Source: Perna viridis
Lineage: Eukaryota
Length of the DNA: 64,000 nt
NCBI GenBank assembly: GCA_037379345.1
Contig: CM074516.1
Coordinates: forward strand, 26,722,001-26,786,000
Direction of reading: 5' to 3'
A program made the position numbers and the translations under genes. The notes below the pieces were generated by a model. That model had not been told where the DNA came from, did no database searches, and worked only from the letters and a program-made list of their open reading frames with translations. Below are positions 1 through 15,300 of this stretch, in pieces (the first letter of the stretch is position 1; every line of letters starts with the position of its first letter).

Positions 1-102
1 TAACCTAAATATCTTGAATATCATCTTCCAAGTTTACTGCATTGCAGACGATTATTTTGAATCAGCCTGTTGTTCTATATTTAATGCTATGTTTACTTTC
101 AG

Positions 103-318
103 AACAAGAAGCAGCTGAACAGGAAGAAGACATGAATGCTGATCACTCTGCTGATAGAAGCTTAGGTACCATAGCTGAAGATGATGACACTCCAAACTCT
201 GAGGTGACTAAGACTGAAGACACCAAAGATGATCATAGTTCCAACATGCGCACAGATGATGTTGTTGAAACTAAAGATACTAATCAAGGACTTGGGGAAG
301 AACATTTGGCAACACTAA
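103..318 (+). CDS. dynein exon (acidic tail insert)
   Basis: ttcag acceptor, gtaagt donor, phase 1-1, EQEAAEQEEDMNAD... Confidence 0.75.
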
Positions 319-3300
319 GTAAGTATATCATATTACATAAAAAAAATTAATTGATACATGTACAAGCCGTTAATTGAGTACCTTTGCATATATCTGACGT
401 GAGTATCAATTGTGGATACATTGTACCAGCCTAAGCTTGATATTACAAACTTAGACTGTCAGATTTGTAGCTAAATTCCAAACTGGGAAAGTATTAACAG
501 TTAGAGAAGTTAAAAATTTGTTTGATTTAAAAGACAGACAACTTTATTTTTGATTCTCTACTTGCTCTTCATTAATCCTGATGAATGAATATATTTATGA
601 TGTTTATTAGTTTCAATAGAAATTAACTCCTTTTTTCATTTATTTTACAGTTTTGATTATTAAAAAGTTAATATTGTCAACTTCTTTCCTAAAATTTCTA
701 GTTTTGCTATGGAAAATCAGCCTTACTTTGGATGAACTTAACAATATCTAGTGTAAATTATCACATTATCTGATGTTTCTAGGAAAGTTCTACCCAGAGG
801 ATGAAGAAGGTGATGGTCCTGGAATATCTACTGTTATAATGGAACACTTAGAAGAAATGACAAAAGCTATGTCTGATAATGTCACTACTAAAACCATGCT
901 TGATGTTGAGTCAAAGGTATGTCAAACTCTAATGGATAGAAGAACATGCAATACATGTCCAATTAACCAGGCTCTATGAATTTGTCCATGTTTTTGTTTA
1001 TAAAGAGGTGTAAAATTTAACTGCAATAGCCTTTTAATACATGAACATATTGACTGCCAATATTGAAAGTAGAGTGAATTTTGAGCTCATTTGTATTTTT
1101 TTTGGATAAGTCAGTCAGTCAATATTGACTAAGATTCTAACAAACTACTTTATTGAAAAAAGAGAATAATTTCTTGCTCATAGAAGAATGTTTTCGGTAA
1201 ATAGTAGACAATCCATTGTTGGACAATAAATTATATAAACAAATGTATTCAATAAATTATATAAACAAATGTATTTTGGAGGAAATAAAGTAGGGTTTTT
1301 TTTTGTTTTTTTGTTTTTTTTTTGGGGGGTGGGGGGTGATAAACTAACACTTAGTCAATTGACTTTAATTTTGTGATATGTTGAGAAATGAACACCAGTT
1401 AAGAAGTTCTAGTTTATTTATTTTCACTTTTGTGTTAATAGCATTTTTATGGGGATAGTATCAGTAGGTTCTTCAATAGTGGGAAGTATCGACGTTCAAG
1501 TACTGTAGAGGAGGATTCAGACGATGAATCGGTAGTGTGTCTGTTTTAATATTGTTCAATGAATTTGATGTTTGGTTTCTATTGTTCATGTCAGAGAAAC
1601 TGTATTTCTGTGGATTTCCTTGAATTTCAAAATGTTGTTGGTTTTTTGTGCTTTTTTTTTTATTATTCATGTTTAAAACTATTGCTTTTTGCTTGTATTT
1701 ACCATTGATGATCTTTTTTTTTGTTATTTCAACAATTTGACTGTTGACAACTCTATTTGTGTTTTGAAATACTCTCATCAAATTATAGCAATTAAATGAT
1801 CAACTTAATCAACTGTATTTATATGATGACATCAATAAAAAGAATATTAACTGACTTTTTTAAGTTATTAGAATAAGAACAGATATCTTGGTCAAATCAT
1901 CTAGGGTCTTTTTTTGCAGTTGTTTTATGATGTTGGAATTAAAGAAAGTTCAGCTTTTCATCACCATTACATTCAAACTATAGACAAAGAAAACATATTT
2001 AAAAAGTGTAAAATTGAAGACCAAAAAATTTTTAAATCTGCTACCTTGTGTTTTGCTAGCCTCTTTAAAGATGAGTAGCTATTTTAAAGTAGTTGAAATT
2101 TAGTGTTACATACTAATAATTTTACTTATAATCATTTAACCGGTTTTTTTAAAGGACAAAGACAGATTTGATATATACTATGCTAACTTTGCTGAGATAG
2201 TACAAGATCAGGAGAAATTTCTTTCTGCCTATCTGCATGTCATCTTCCTGAGGAAAATGAAGACACAGCAGGGACTAGACATCATAACAAGGTAAACAAT
2301 ATTATATCAAATACCCCATTGTATATTGGTTTGTTAAATGGCATGAATTTCCATTTGTGGCGTATATTGAGAAGCAGAAATTTGGACATACAAGTATTTT
2401 CTCTATATTAGAAACCATCAACAAGAGGTCTTTTAAAAATAAAATGCATTACTTGAAAAAAATCACTTACTGTATGAACATCTATGGAACTTGAAAGATA
2501 CAACATAAGTGGATAGATATCATGGGCCCTACAGAAAACCTTTTTAGGTTTATGTCACAATGTAAAACACAAGACTTCCTTGTAATTTTGAAAACTGAGA
2601 TAATTGTACTTGTTACTGGACATAATGAAGATTTAGAATTATTTCACCAAACAATACACAATAAACACAGGGGTAAAAAATAGTAAATACAAGCTGGTAG
2701 CCCAGACCATGTTGTTTAATATTTTCTATATGTTCATCAAAATTTTGCCCAAAAGTTTGGTAGTCCAGCCCAAAATCTAGTAGCCATGGGCTATTGGGCC
2801 ACTGCTAATTTTTATTCCTAAAACAGTAATTAACATGTTGGTTTTTTTTCTTTGATAGATTTGGACCAATCCAGGGAAGACCTGGTATAAGAACAACAAT
2901 AGCAGAGAAATTTGTAGAAATCTTCAACTGGTACGAGACTGACTTGGAGGAGGTCCATAAGATATACGAGACTCACAAGGTATGAAATATTTGCCAAGTA
3001 GAAGTGGAGCAAATCAGAGCAAGTGAAATGATGAGAAGACAAACTAATCTGTCTTTTAAGTGAAAGAAGTCCAATAATTTCAATGGGGATAAGTGAAAGT
3101 GCCCATTTCCAATGTCAACATTTTCCACATCTGTCGTTCTGACATAACATTTCCAAATTAAAAATAGCCTGTGACATCAACAATGTAGTCACTAACATTC
3201 TGTTCTCTGAGTAAAATGGGCTATGACATATTTGAAATACCTGTTGAGATAGAGTTGTGAAGGAATTTTTCATGTGCATCTACAGAAAATAGTCAAACAT

Positions 3301-6300
3301 TGTGTTCTAAAGAATAATGTATTTGATGACTATTAGAACAACTGCTTCATCAAATATATTTTCTGTTTGGGTGTTTGTTGGATATCACACTTTTGTTTCA
3401 TTTTCAATGGAGAAATTGTAATTCCTCTTACATTTCTAGGAGAGTCCACAAATGGTAAGAAATGCCCCACCTGCTGCAGGAGCTATTCACTGGTCTCGAC
3501 AACTCTTGAAGAGGATAGAAGACCCTATGAAGGTTTTCCGTGACAATAGAGCCATTAACCAGCTAGGAGATTTCAGTCGTATCGTCAAAATTTACAATAG
3601 ACTTGCAACTGCTTTGGTGACATTCGAGAGTCTTTGGTTTGCTCAGTGGAAGAATAGAATAGAACATGCTAAGACTGGACTGAGAGCCACACTGTTTGTA
3701 AATCATCCAAATACTGGGGAAATTGTTGTCAATGTGGATGATAGGTATGAAAGAGGTTTTAAATGGAATATTGTGTTTTAGTCAAAAAATTTTTGCTGAT
3801 ACTATAATTGCTAAAATTCAATATCCATATTATTTCCGTAGCATGCTTGTGAAACCATTCAGCTTATCTGAAAAACATCTGGATTAAGTTTGCACAATGT
3901 GGTCTTCGTTTGCACTTACTTTACTTGAAGTGATATAAATGATAGATTTAAGATAATTATTGACCGTTTTAGATATCATTGGCGTATGATTAGTTCCAAT
4001 AGGTGGAGTTGTACATCAGGGTTGCATATTTGACATGGCAGTTATCTTATTTTCCAGAGTCCTTGAACTGATCCATGAAGCCAAATGGTTGACAAGACTT
4101 GGAATTCAGATCCCAGACTCAGCTACTGCCATTATGCAGCAAGAGTCCAGATTTAAAAATTACAAGAGTCATTTAGAACTAGTCCTACATGAATACAAAG
4201 AAGTTTGCAAGGCCATCCCTGAATCACTTCAGAACTTATTCACCCCTCACATAAAATTTGTTGAGGAGCAGCTACAGCCAGGGTTGACAACTTTGGCATG
4301 GAACAGCATGAATATTGGTAAATTTAGATTGAATGTGTTTGCTATTAGTCTTCCTGTTGTAAAATAAAATCTTAAAATGTAAGGAAGTTAATGATGAAAC
4401 ATAAAGTATGCGATAAATATTTACTTTTCATACTGAAGGTTTTCTTGTGAAAAATGTTAACATGAAGATTTACTGCTATAGGATGTTGTATTTAAAATTC
4501 ATTAGGAAATTGAACTGTTATAGTAGTATTTTTCTGATGTATATATTTTGCCATTCTTGCAGTGTATAAAGAAGGCATGGAAAAAAGTTTCCATTTATTA
4601 TTATAAAACAACATAATTCCTTAAAAACCAAAAAAAAAAGCAACGAAAAAACAACAAGAAGAAATGATAGAATTGACTCTGTGGATTTGATGAAGTCAGC
4701 AAAGCAAACACAATTGATTAATAACTATTACAGCTCTATAGATATTTGAATATTTTCTCTCTTCAGATGCCTTTTTACACCAGATCCACTCAGCCACAAA
4801 TAAATTGAAGGAGAAGAGCAAAAGGGTAAAAGACTTGATGGAGAATGATGTTGGAGGTTCCCTGGAGGCCATTCGAAACTTCTACTTATTTGATTATGAG
4901 GAGGCTATTTCTAGACCATGGGTAAGAAAATGATGTCAGTCAAAATCATGTCACATGATCATTCTTTGAAAGAAATTTGCATTTTCACCCATGTTTTAGT
5001 AGGGTTTGTGGGAAAATTGAACAACGCTTGTCTGTAAAGGGTACTCCTAGACAAGAGTTGCCTAGGAGATAATCTCGCTAATTATTCTCAAAAAGTTTGG
5101 GTACAATGACCAAAAGAGTAATACTAGTCTTTGCATGTGATATGATTTTAGGCTTTGCTTATGAAGGCCAAAGCTATTTGTACAAAAATTATTGTGTAGA
5201 TAATGCACTGCTATGTTGTTTTGTGGCCGATATTTTTACCAACAGGAATATGGGTGACTTCCTCTAACATTCAATGTGCTTCTGCATTTAAAGTTCAAAC
5301 AGTCACTTCCTAAACGCAGACATCATTTCTGGAATATGTCACTTCCGACAGAATGATTTTGTGCTGTGCAAGTTGTAGAGCATCTACATATATAGAATGT
5401 CATTGATACTCCATCTCTTATAAATTACACAAATAACTAATTAAATGTTTTGGTGTTTTTTTGTGGGGTTCATAAAAATAAGAACTAGAACAACACTTCT
5501 CTTTGTTATGGGTATTCCTAGATCATAATTCACAGGAGTTAATGGCTCCATTTAAATAAAAATGCTTGGATACCATGACCAGAAGACTTATACTTGTGCT
5601 TGTTATTGATGAAATAAACATCATCTCATCAAACTTTTTCTTAACAATAGCCACCACATGAATTCAGAGAAGTAATGCTGGAGAGAATACGTGACAGAGT
5701 TCAGGAGCTTCAGAAACTTGTACAAAGAGTTATGAATGGTTTACTTGCAGTGGCCAACCTGCTGGCAACAAGAAAGGTATGTTTATCTACCTCCACTTCA
5801 AAAGAATATAACACATATGTCACAGTTTTTCTATAAATATAGTTATTTTTTACTTGATTGCCTTTCCTTTAAATGAAAAGAATTGATGTTGATAAGTTGT
5901 CACTGTTCCATGAAGACTATTCTTTTTAACCAAATGTCGAAATTTAAATGTGAATAAAACTTTCATTTTACATTGGTAATGTTTTTATTTGGATGCTTTT
6001 TCTAGTAGGGAGGGTTTAAATTACTGCTCTACTGGAGATATTCTTCCTTGTACTGTTAAAGTATCTGTTTCTTATTGTACTACTCTATTTTTGAAGTAAT
6101 TGTAAATTCAGATTTGTTACTAAAACGTGAAAGAAAAATGAAATAGATTAGAATAGAATGCCTTTTCCTTTACTACACCATCACTGAATAATAAGTTAGA
6201 AAAAACTGTGTCATTTTGTTGTGTGTATGCAATATGTTGGATCAATCCCAGTGCACTCATTAGAATATAATTGCAAAATTTATAGTTAACCCCATTGTTT

Positions 6301-9300
6301 GATTTACCTTACAAAGTACTGCTTTTACACCTGTGTGCTATTGCAATAATTTGTATTCCATTTTATGTGTAGTAATGCTTTTGTGTGTGCTTTGATGTGT
6401 GTTTTCATTCTTATGCTTCATGATATCTGCAATAATAAAAAATGCAGAGTTTTATGATTGTGTACTGTAATCCTTATTTCATGTGCTGAAATTTAATCCT
6501 TTTTATAACCCAAGGGCTACCATATTTCTAAATTGCTAGTTTTGAAGACCAGTTTTCTGAAAACTTAAGGCATTTGACTTACTAAATAGTTCAAAAACTG
6601 TATTGTTTTTCATAGCTTTTATAGAAACCCTGTCCAAACAGAAGTTATTATGCATAATGTCAGCAACTTTAATAAAACTTATTGTTCATTGTCCTTTGGA
6701 TGACTGATTTGTAGCTTTTTTTTACAATAGTTGCTTAATCTCTCCTTTGAATATTTATTCACAGACTTCACCATGTACTTGTTTATTGAAAGTTATGAGA
6801 AGCAATCCCTTGTTTTAGGTTAATATTAACCACCAAATAAATTGTTATAGAACTGTTGAAATGCATGAAAAGTTTAAAATTTTAACAGGAAGTAGTTTTC
6901 CTGCGGGCAGTTTTAAAGAAGTTTAGGAGAGTAAAGGTCAGTCATGGGTATTGTTATTATGGCTGTGGTATTTTATGGTTTATTTGTAAGTTATAAATCC
7001 AGAATTTATGCCTATTTCTTTACATTTACTTTAATTTTCCTTCATATTGTACTCCCTTAATATGACGAGAGGAACACATGCTTCGGTATGTTCAGGCTTT
7101 GTATATTTATGATTAATGATTTAACATTCTAACAATACCACTTTCAGGAATATGTTTATTCACCATCTCGTGGCTTTAAGCCATTGAAAACCACCCCAGC
7201 AAAAGTCGACCATCAGAAAAGAGCTAGTGTCATAGCAACCAAATCATTATCAGAACTGGTGGGAAACTAATTATAGAATAAAATATAAATAATTCTTAGT
7301 TCAGATTTAGACTTTATAATCATGTACTAAACTACAAGCATCTTTTAACTGAATATGCAAAGTTTATCATGGATTTTCTGTTTACAATGTAAAATGGATC
7401 TAAAGAAATTCATTTGAGTATGAAAGTATCATACTGCAAGGTAACTGTCAATGTAAATTGACTTGAGTAACTATTTCTTTCATTTTCTACCATTTTTAGA
7501 ATTATCTACTGTGATTTAAAAATGCTAGGGGATTTTTTTAAGACGAAGACCAGTATTGTGCATAGAAAATCTATCTAAAGAATTGCATATATTAACAAAG
7601 GTGGTTATGCTGTCTTTTTCAATCTGACTAGCTAACATTAACAACATTCTCATTTCAATATTGTTTACATTAATTCCAGTTTTTGGTTAACTTGAATCAA
7701 GTATTTTGTTGTAGAAAGCAAATTAGTGCATGTTATACTTTTGAAGATATAGTAATTTAGAATCTCAACAGTAGTTATAAGTATTATATTCACTTGTACT
7801 TTAGTTGGATAATTCTGATCCAAGTATGAATACTGTACTTTTATTCTTGTATGTGAGAAATTTAGTATTATGAGTTACGGAATTAAAAAAAAATACTGAA
7901 GTGTTAACTTAAATAAAAATTAAGATATTGTCCATACTGGGGAAACATAATTGACGACTTTCTTTTACATGTAAAGTAGGCTCTTTCTTTATTTCAAATT
8001 CAGCTCATCATCAAAGATAAAGTATATCTAATTCATTGAATCATTTTCTTTTTGCATGAAATTAATTTTTGATATGTACTGCAAACCAATCAGCTCATGT
8101 TATTAGTTTTCAAAGAAGTTTGCCGAGACACTTTGAAATGAAACGTCCCTGTTCCTTAGCTAGATCCTTGGCTAGATCCTTCAATCTCAGTTTCCGCTAT
8201 ATAGATGATGTATTATCTTTAAACAATCCTAATTTCGGGGATTTGATACATTGCATCTACCCAAAAGAACTTGAGATAAAGGATACTACAGACACTGAAG
8301 TCGGCCTCATATCTTGACCTACACTTAGAAATCGATGGTAAAGGAAAACTATTGACCAAACTTTATGACAAATATGATGACTTTTCATTCAGAATTGTCA
8401 ACTTTCCTTTCATCTGTGGCAACATCCTTCGGCTCCTGCGTATGGAGTGTTCATATCACAACTCATACGTTATGCCAGAGCTTGCCGAAACTATGCAGAC
8501 TTTTTGTATCGCACTAGAACTCTAACAAATAGGCTTCCGGAACAGGGTTATGTTGCTACAAGATTGAAGTCATCACTACAGAAATTTTATGGTCGTCATC
8601 ATGAACTCGGGGATCGTTATGGTGTATCCATCAGCACCATGAAAACTGATTTATTCAACGGGTCATAGTTTTCCTTTCCTTGTTTGTCTACCCCAGACTT
8701 GACTTTTTATGAGCAACTCGGCGGGTGTTTCTAGAAAAGCAGAGGACGCTTACCCTACCGGTGCATCTGGTCCGTGCTCCCAGTTTTTAGTGGAGTCCGA
8801 GTTGCTCATTTATTTGTGTTACTTTGTATGTATGATTTTAGTTACTTCATGTTCTTTGTTGTATATGTCTGTTTTCCATGTCTGGTCTTTGTCCCTGGAT
8901 TACATTCTTTTGATTACCGCTATAACCTTGGTTCCCTTGATTACTCTTAGAAAAAGTATATGTGGGTTTTTTGGTTTACAGAATTTCGTTGTTTAGCTTG
9001 TTTTTAATGTTTCAAGTTTGAGACCAGGGCCAGTTTTGTAAAAAAAATATCTCCTCTACTAAAATCTTTACCAATCAGTTTGCTTACAATTTAAAATTTG
9101 AAGAAAACATTAATTTGAAATTTTTATGAAACCAGGCCCTGCATTTCTAGTGTAAAATGTTGAAGATGAATTGTATTTTTGGGATTGCTTCCATAATGAA
9201 GATTACTTTAGTTTTAACGTTTTAAATCCTGTTTGACCTGTTTTTACATGTTTTGAACTTCAGTTGGCAGGTTTTGATTCCAGAAGTCTGTAGTTGCTTT

Positions 9301-12300
9301 TAAATGTATATCTGTTTCCTTGATTAAGTCATAGATGAGATGGTATTTAGAAGTTTATAGATGTATTTTTTTTTTTTTTTTGCTTCTTAGCAGAATTTCA
9401 CTACTTCAAATCTAGATCCTTTTTATTTACTGTATATTTACATCTGATTTTGCCAATTTCTGCTTTGTTGACCCTGTAAAATCATCTCTGTAGAAGCTGA
9501 ATGTGGGGATTGGAGAAATATAACCTGCATTGATTAAAGCTTTATGGCTTAGACAGGAAGTAGATGCTATGGTTACATGATTTAAATGCAAGAAATTGAT
9601 ATGATGGAAATCATTTGGTTACTTTAGCATCCAGGTTGAGTGAGGTTCAATGTGTAGAGGTTTCACTGTATATTTTATCAATTTAAGGTAGAGCAACATG
9701 TTCCTAAAGGGAAGAAGTTAGCCTTGCTGGCAGATGATACAGAAGCCATGAAGGAAAGACAAAAGGCAATTGAAGAGGAGAAATATATCTGCAATCTCAT
9801 CTGTAAGTAAATTTGTTTTATTTTTACAATAGGTTCATGAATATATCTTTTTCAGGACAGAAACGGAGGTAAACCTGATAAAAGTTAAGAATCATTTCAT
9901 ATAGTGTTTAAAGAAAAAAGGTCACACTTAATCTTTATATAGTCAGCATAAAACTTACACTGTAATTCAGTGTGACAGTTAAAAATACAAAATACTTAAA
10001 GATTCTTCCTTCTTCAAATAAGGGCAGACACAGTTTTCTTTTATATATAATATTCAAACTTAAATATTTTCTTTTTATATTTCACAGCTTTCTACAAGGA
10101 GCAAGTATATGAGGCTGTTCTTACTGCCACAAAAAGATCTTTGATGGCACTTGTTGATTCTACAAGTTGTCCTGAAGAGGAATTGAGAGCTGCCAGTGCA
10201 ATGTCTAACCCAACCTACTCACCCCATCCTAGTCCACGACGTAGTAGTCGTGCTGTGTCTGCTGCCAGCAGAGTGTCGTCTGCTAAGACAGATAGACCTC
10301 TTACTAGCATGTCTGCTTTGTCAAATATGACATGGACCTCAGAGAAGACCAATGATCTCACTTATTTACAGTATGTATCTTAGAAATTATCAATGTGCTT
10401 AAACTTAAAGTCCTTGCTACATTACAATCATACACATGGCATAATGATAATGAAAATATTCCTTACAAGCTAACCTGGTCATTCTGTTGATAGTTATCTC
10501 AGTTTTGTGTCTTTTACTATGATAAAAATGACCATGGCCACTGAAAGAAAACTCACATTGTTAAAAATGTTGATGATTTTGTTAGAAATTGTTAGAAAAA
10601 GGTTCTCAATTTTACAGAGATTATTTTTCTGTTCAATATGTATTGAACTTGGAACATTCCAATTCTGCACCATCACCAACTTATATGTTGATATGAAACT
10701 TTTTATAGAAATATATGTCTGTTTTAGAAAGCTTCTTGGTACAAATTTGTATCATATTTTATTACATTTTACTAAAAGTAATGTTGTCTTAATTTAAGGT
10801 TTGAAATAGAAGTTGGTTTTAACATCCCAGTGATAGCTGTACAGCCCACACTAGATACTGCTCAGACTGCCATTAACCAGGTTGCTTCAGCTGTTGTACA
10901 TTCCTCTCGAGGTATGAACATTTTAAGATTGTCAAATATAGTGTGAGAATATTTTTGGTTGATAAGCTATTGAAACAGGCATTGATTCCATTAGCACATT
11001 CAAGTTAAGAGCCTGTTAAAAAAGAATTCATTTTATGACAAGACATCTTTCACTTGAAGACTGAATGTCTGGTGTAAGAATAAATAGCTGTCATTGATTT
11101 TTGTTTTTTATTTTTAGATGTAACTTGGGCTGAGAGAGATGCAGTTTATGACTTTCATGACAGAATATCATCTGATTTTGAGGTCAACCAAATGCTGACC
11201 CAACTCACACATATTGTAGCAGGTTGGTTACATTAAAATTCTAAATAATATTATTTTTACAACACAGCTGGTAATAAGATATACTCAGTTTGTACCCCAT
11301 AACAGTTTCCAGTTGTATCTTTTATAATAAATGACTTGGATTATTGAAATATTTTCAATTCTTTTCAAAGGTTCTATGTTTATTCTTGCGAAATTCTCTC
11401 ATATCCTTTACACTTGCAAATAGTCTATTATTTCTAAAACCATATGTTGTTGAATTTTTAATAAGTATTTACAAAATACAACCAATTATTTTCCTTTATC
11501 ATTTCAGATGTTGAGCCAGTGATCAACAAACACATCTTCCACTTTAGTTACTATGATTTCTTATGGAAGGATGATTTACATGGGAACTTTAAAGAGTTCA
11601 TGCAGTCTGACCCAGCAATGTTTTCAATCAAACGTGAGGTAGAGAGGTACTTGTACATTGAGAAGAAGGTTCTTGCTATCCCAGAAATATTACCGGTTGG
11701 ACCTATTTGCTTGAAGACTGACCCCATCAAAGATGCCCTACATGGGTTTGCCATGCAGTGGAAGAGTCATTTTGCTTCTGTTTTACATGAAGAAGCCAAG
11801 GTTTGTTGTAATACAAAAAACAACAACTACTTATCTTATACTATTTTAATCTGGAATAAATCAATATCGTCAGGACAAAAAAACGCTGGTTCAAAGCTTG
11901 CACACCAAATTAGTAATACACTACACCATTTCATGCATGATACTGTTGATTGAAAGACATTATAAATTTCATTAAATAGATGGCAGAATAATGGACATCT
12001 TTTATAAGTTCTGATTCTGTAGAAATTGCTTAAAAATCAATGATTAATTTTGATGGCCTCTGCATATTAATGAAAGCAAGATCATAACTTTAGATGTTCA
12101 GTATTATTTGTTTTTCCACAGTAAAATTTGCTAAAAATGATATTCATGTAATTTATGTACTTCAGATCTTTCCAGGCTAACATGTCACCAAATCTGAAAG
12201 ATTCAGATTCTATGAAGTTGAGAATAATAATAATTGGGAATGAATTAACATGCATCTTATGTTTTAGTCATCTTTTGTTTAAATGCAGTATATTTTTGCA

Positions 12301-15300
12301 AATTAAAATAAAAGCTACATAAAAATGTTAATGTGCAGATTATATTTGTACTCAGTAAGTCAATAGTCAACACCAGTATGTTTTATTAATTATAACATTT
12401 GTCACTTGTAGAAAAAGTTGGATGGTGCTGTGTTGTACAGATCAAATGTCCGTAACAGACTAGAGTTGGATGTTATAACACTAGATCAACTTAACAGTGC
12501 CTTACATCTCTTAGAAGAACTCAGAGATATGGAAAATAAAATAGATGGCATTTACCTGCCTATAGAGACCTTATATGCTAAACTCAGGTAAGTTGATATA
12601 AGCTACACTGATCTAGAATGAGTAGTGATATCTTTTTCATAAGTTTTTGATGGATTTTCAATTTTTCAAAATACTTATATTCATTAGATTCTTTTGAATT
12701 GTCAATATACACAAAAGATAAACACCATCAGTGTGAAAAATGCCAAAATATCTTCATATTAATATTATCCATTATATTGATATCTTCTCTCATCATCTGT
12801 ATAGAAGTACTTTAACAAGTGTTAAAGTAATATAAGTTTTTTAACTTCTGTTGTAGGGAGTTTGAGCTGAGACTTCCACGTAATGAGGTAGAAGAGGTTG
12901 ACCAGCTCCGTGACAAGTGGCAGGAGCTTATGGAACTAGCAGAGGATGTCAGACACAAATTACTCATAGAGAAGAGAGGAACATTTGAACAGGAGCTGGA
13001 TAAACAAGTCAAGGTATTGAATAGACTCAAAAACAAGTCATAGTACTGTACATACTTAATAAACAAATTCATACTATATTGCCAAGATAGCTTTAGTTGA
13101 TTTTAAATTGAAATCATAATATGATAATAACAGGATTGTGTCACAAATATTTGACCAATATGCAAATTTCGATAGAAATCACTCTATACAATGATAATCA
13201 AACAAGTGCACATTCTGTGAAAGTATTATTGTTTATTCACTACTATTTAACCTTGAAATTGCATGATGTGATTTATTATGTTCAATAAATTTGTTAAAGG
13301 GGAATGTCTCACATAATTGTAAACATTCAGTTTACTTTAGCAGATTGAAGTACAAAATACTTTGGCATTTTTATATAGCATTTGATTTTTTTTTCAGTCT
13401 TTCAATGTAGAAGTCCTTAGGTTCAGAAATGATTTTGATGGACAAGGTCCAATGGTACCAGGAATACCCCCAGCAGAAGCAGTCTCTCGTCTTGAATTTT
13501 TCCAACAGAGTTATGTTCTCTTTGATCTTAAAAGGAAGACACTGGACTCTGTATCTAAACTTTTTGGAATTGTGTGCAAACCTTTCACAGAGCTTGACAA
13601 GACAGGAGAGGAGTTACATTTGTTGAACCAGTTATATGGATTGTTCCAGAAATTCATCAGATTTGATACAAGGTTCAGGGACACTCTCTGGGCTGATGTT
13701 GACCTAGAGGCTGCTCATATTGAGGTATAGTGTTTTTTTATGTATCTCATGCACAATGAAAGACTAGGGATTATTTTAAATTCATGAGACCTTGAAAAAG
13801 GTTCATACATTTGTATGCCCTCAATTAGGCTCAGTTTTTCTTTGGAGCTGTGCATGGGAATGAATTAAAATTTGATATGCAGCTTCTGGCTATTGGTATC
13901 TTGGGTTGTACTATGTGTCTTGACCTCTGTTAACCACTTCTTTTGCATTTGTCTCTTTCTCACATAATGATTAAATTGTCTAATGTCATTTGTAGTTCTA
14001 GATGCATTTAAACGATAGATGCATTTGATTTCTTCAAATGTATAATGCTCAGATATATTGACCAAAATGTTAATAAATGTTACATGAAAGGGTATTGCTG
14101 AGATTTAATTTCTATATTTACAGGTTGAAGGTTATTGGGATGAATGTCTGGCTCTGCCCAGTAAACTGAAGGATAAGGATGCCTACAATGACCTAAAGAA
14201 TTCATTACAGAACTATCTGGAGGTCTTCCCACTCCTTAAGGCCCTCAATTCTAAGGTATGAGGCAGATAACACTGTTATAGAATTTCACATCACACTTTA
14301 TGTGTCAGTTAGCACATCAATACCTTCATTCTTATTCTACTGTTCACATTGAGTTACAATGTGTTATGAAAATATTAAGATGTATTATCTAGGGATATAG
14401 TTTTTTGGTATATCAAAATTCTTAGGTCTAAACAAATTGAGTTATATTCAATAATTTGTGTTTATTTTATTTAACCAAATCATAAAACTTTATAAGTAAG
14501 TGATAAAAACTCATTTAATAAATGGTAAACAGCTCATATTTAGTACAATGGAGATGTCATATTGTTATAAAACTTTCTTCAGAACAACCCGTATTCCTCA
14601 CTGCTCTCTAAATACTTATGAGGTGTTTATGGCAGTAAAAAAATGTAAACTCATTTTGTGATAAGACCTGTTGTCAACACATGGTTAGGTTCTTTAGTAC
14701 ACATTGATGTTGTGTCAGGGTATGCACTCAACATCTTTCATTAAAAGTTCTGTTATGAAATCTTTTTTTTTTTAACAAAACTCCATCTTTGTTTGATAGT
14801 TTAGATAGTTGTATATTTGGTTAAATTATACTTGATTATCACAACAATGTCTACCTTGCACAGCGGGATGAGAAATATGATATAGCAGTAAGTATGTTGG
14901 TGTGTTTGACTGGTTTGTAATAACTTTAGGGTTTACTTGACTCATCTCTAAAGGTCAGAAACATATGTTTACAAAAACAAAAACAAATAGAAACATGTGA
15001 TTAAACATTTATTTGGATGTTGTAGATTATTGTTTACTGGTCGACAATTTGAAAATATATAACTAATAAAGTTTTGTTTTATATGGGACCTTCGTCGTTC
15101 AAAATTATAGGAAAGGAACCAATTTAGAATTACCTTATCACATTTAAATGTTAGAGAATGTTCGACCTTTCTTTGGTATAATCAACACTGAAAATAAATA
15201 TTTAAGTTAGTTTGGGGTGTAAAGATTAGGAAAATTGGTATTTAAATGATCTGCACTAATTTGATGATACTTATATGCATTTTTCTACATTCTGGTCTGG

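Noticed and set aside
1226-1276. Short direct duplications (26 bp x2 here; 24 bp x2 near 46530-46593)
   Set aside because: Ordinary slippage-type intronic duplications with no evident function.
7060-7092. Microexon before the gtatgt donor-like site
   Set aside because: The available AGs give 14 or 16 nt, which do not preserve frame.
8709-8996. 95-aa ORF (MSNSAGVSRK...) and the related 41181-41378 ORF as genes
   Set aside because: Both are translations of the retroelement 3' UTR, including its hairpin and T-rich tail.
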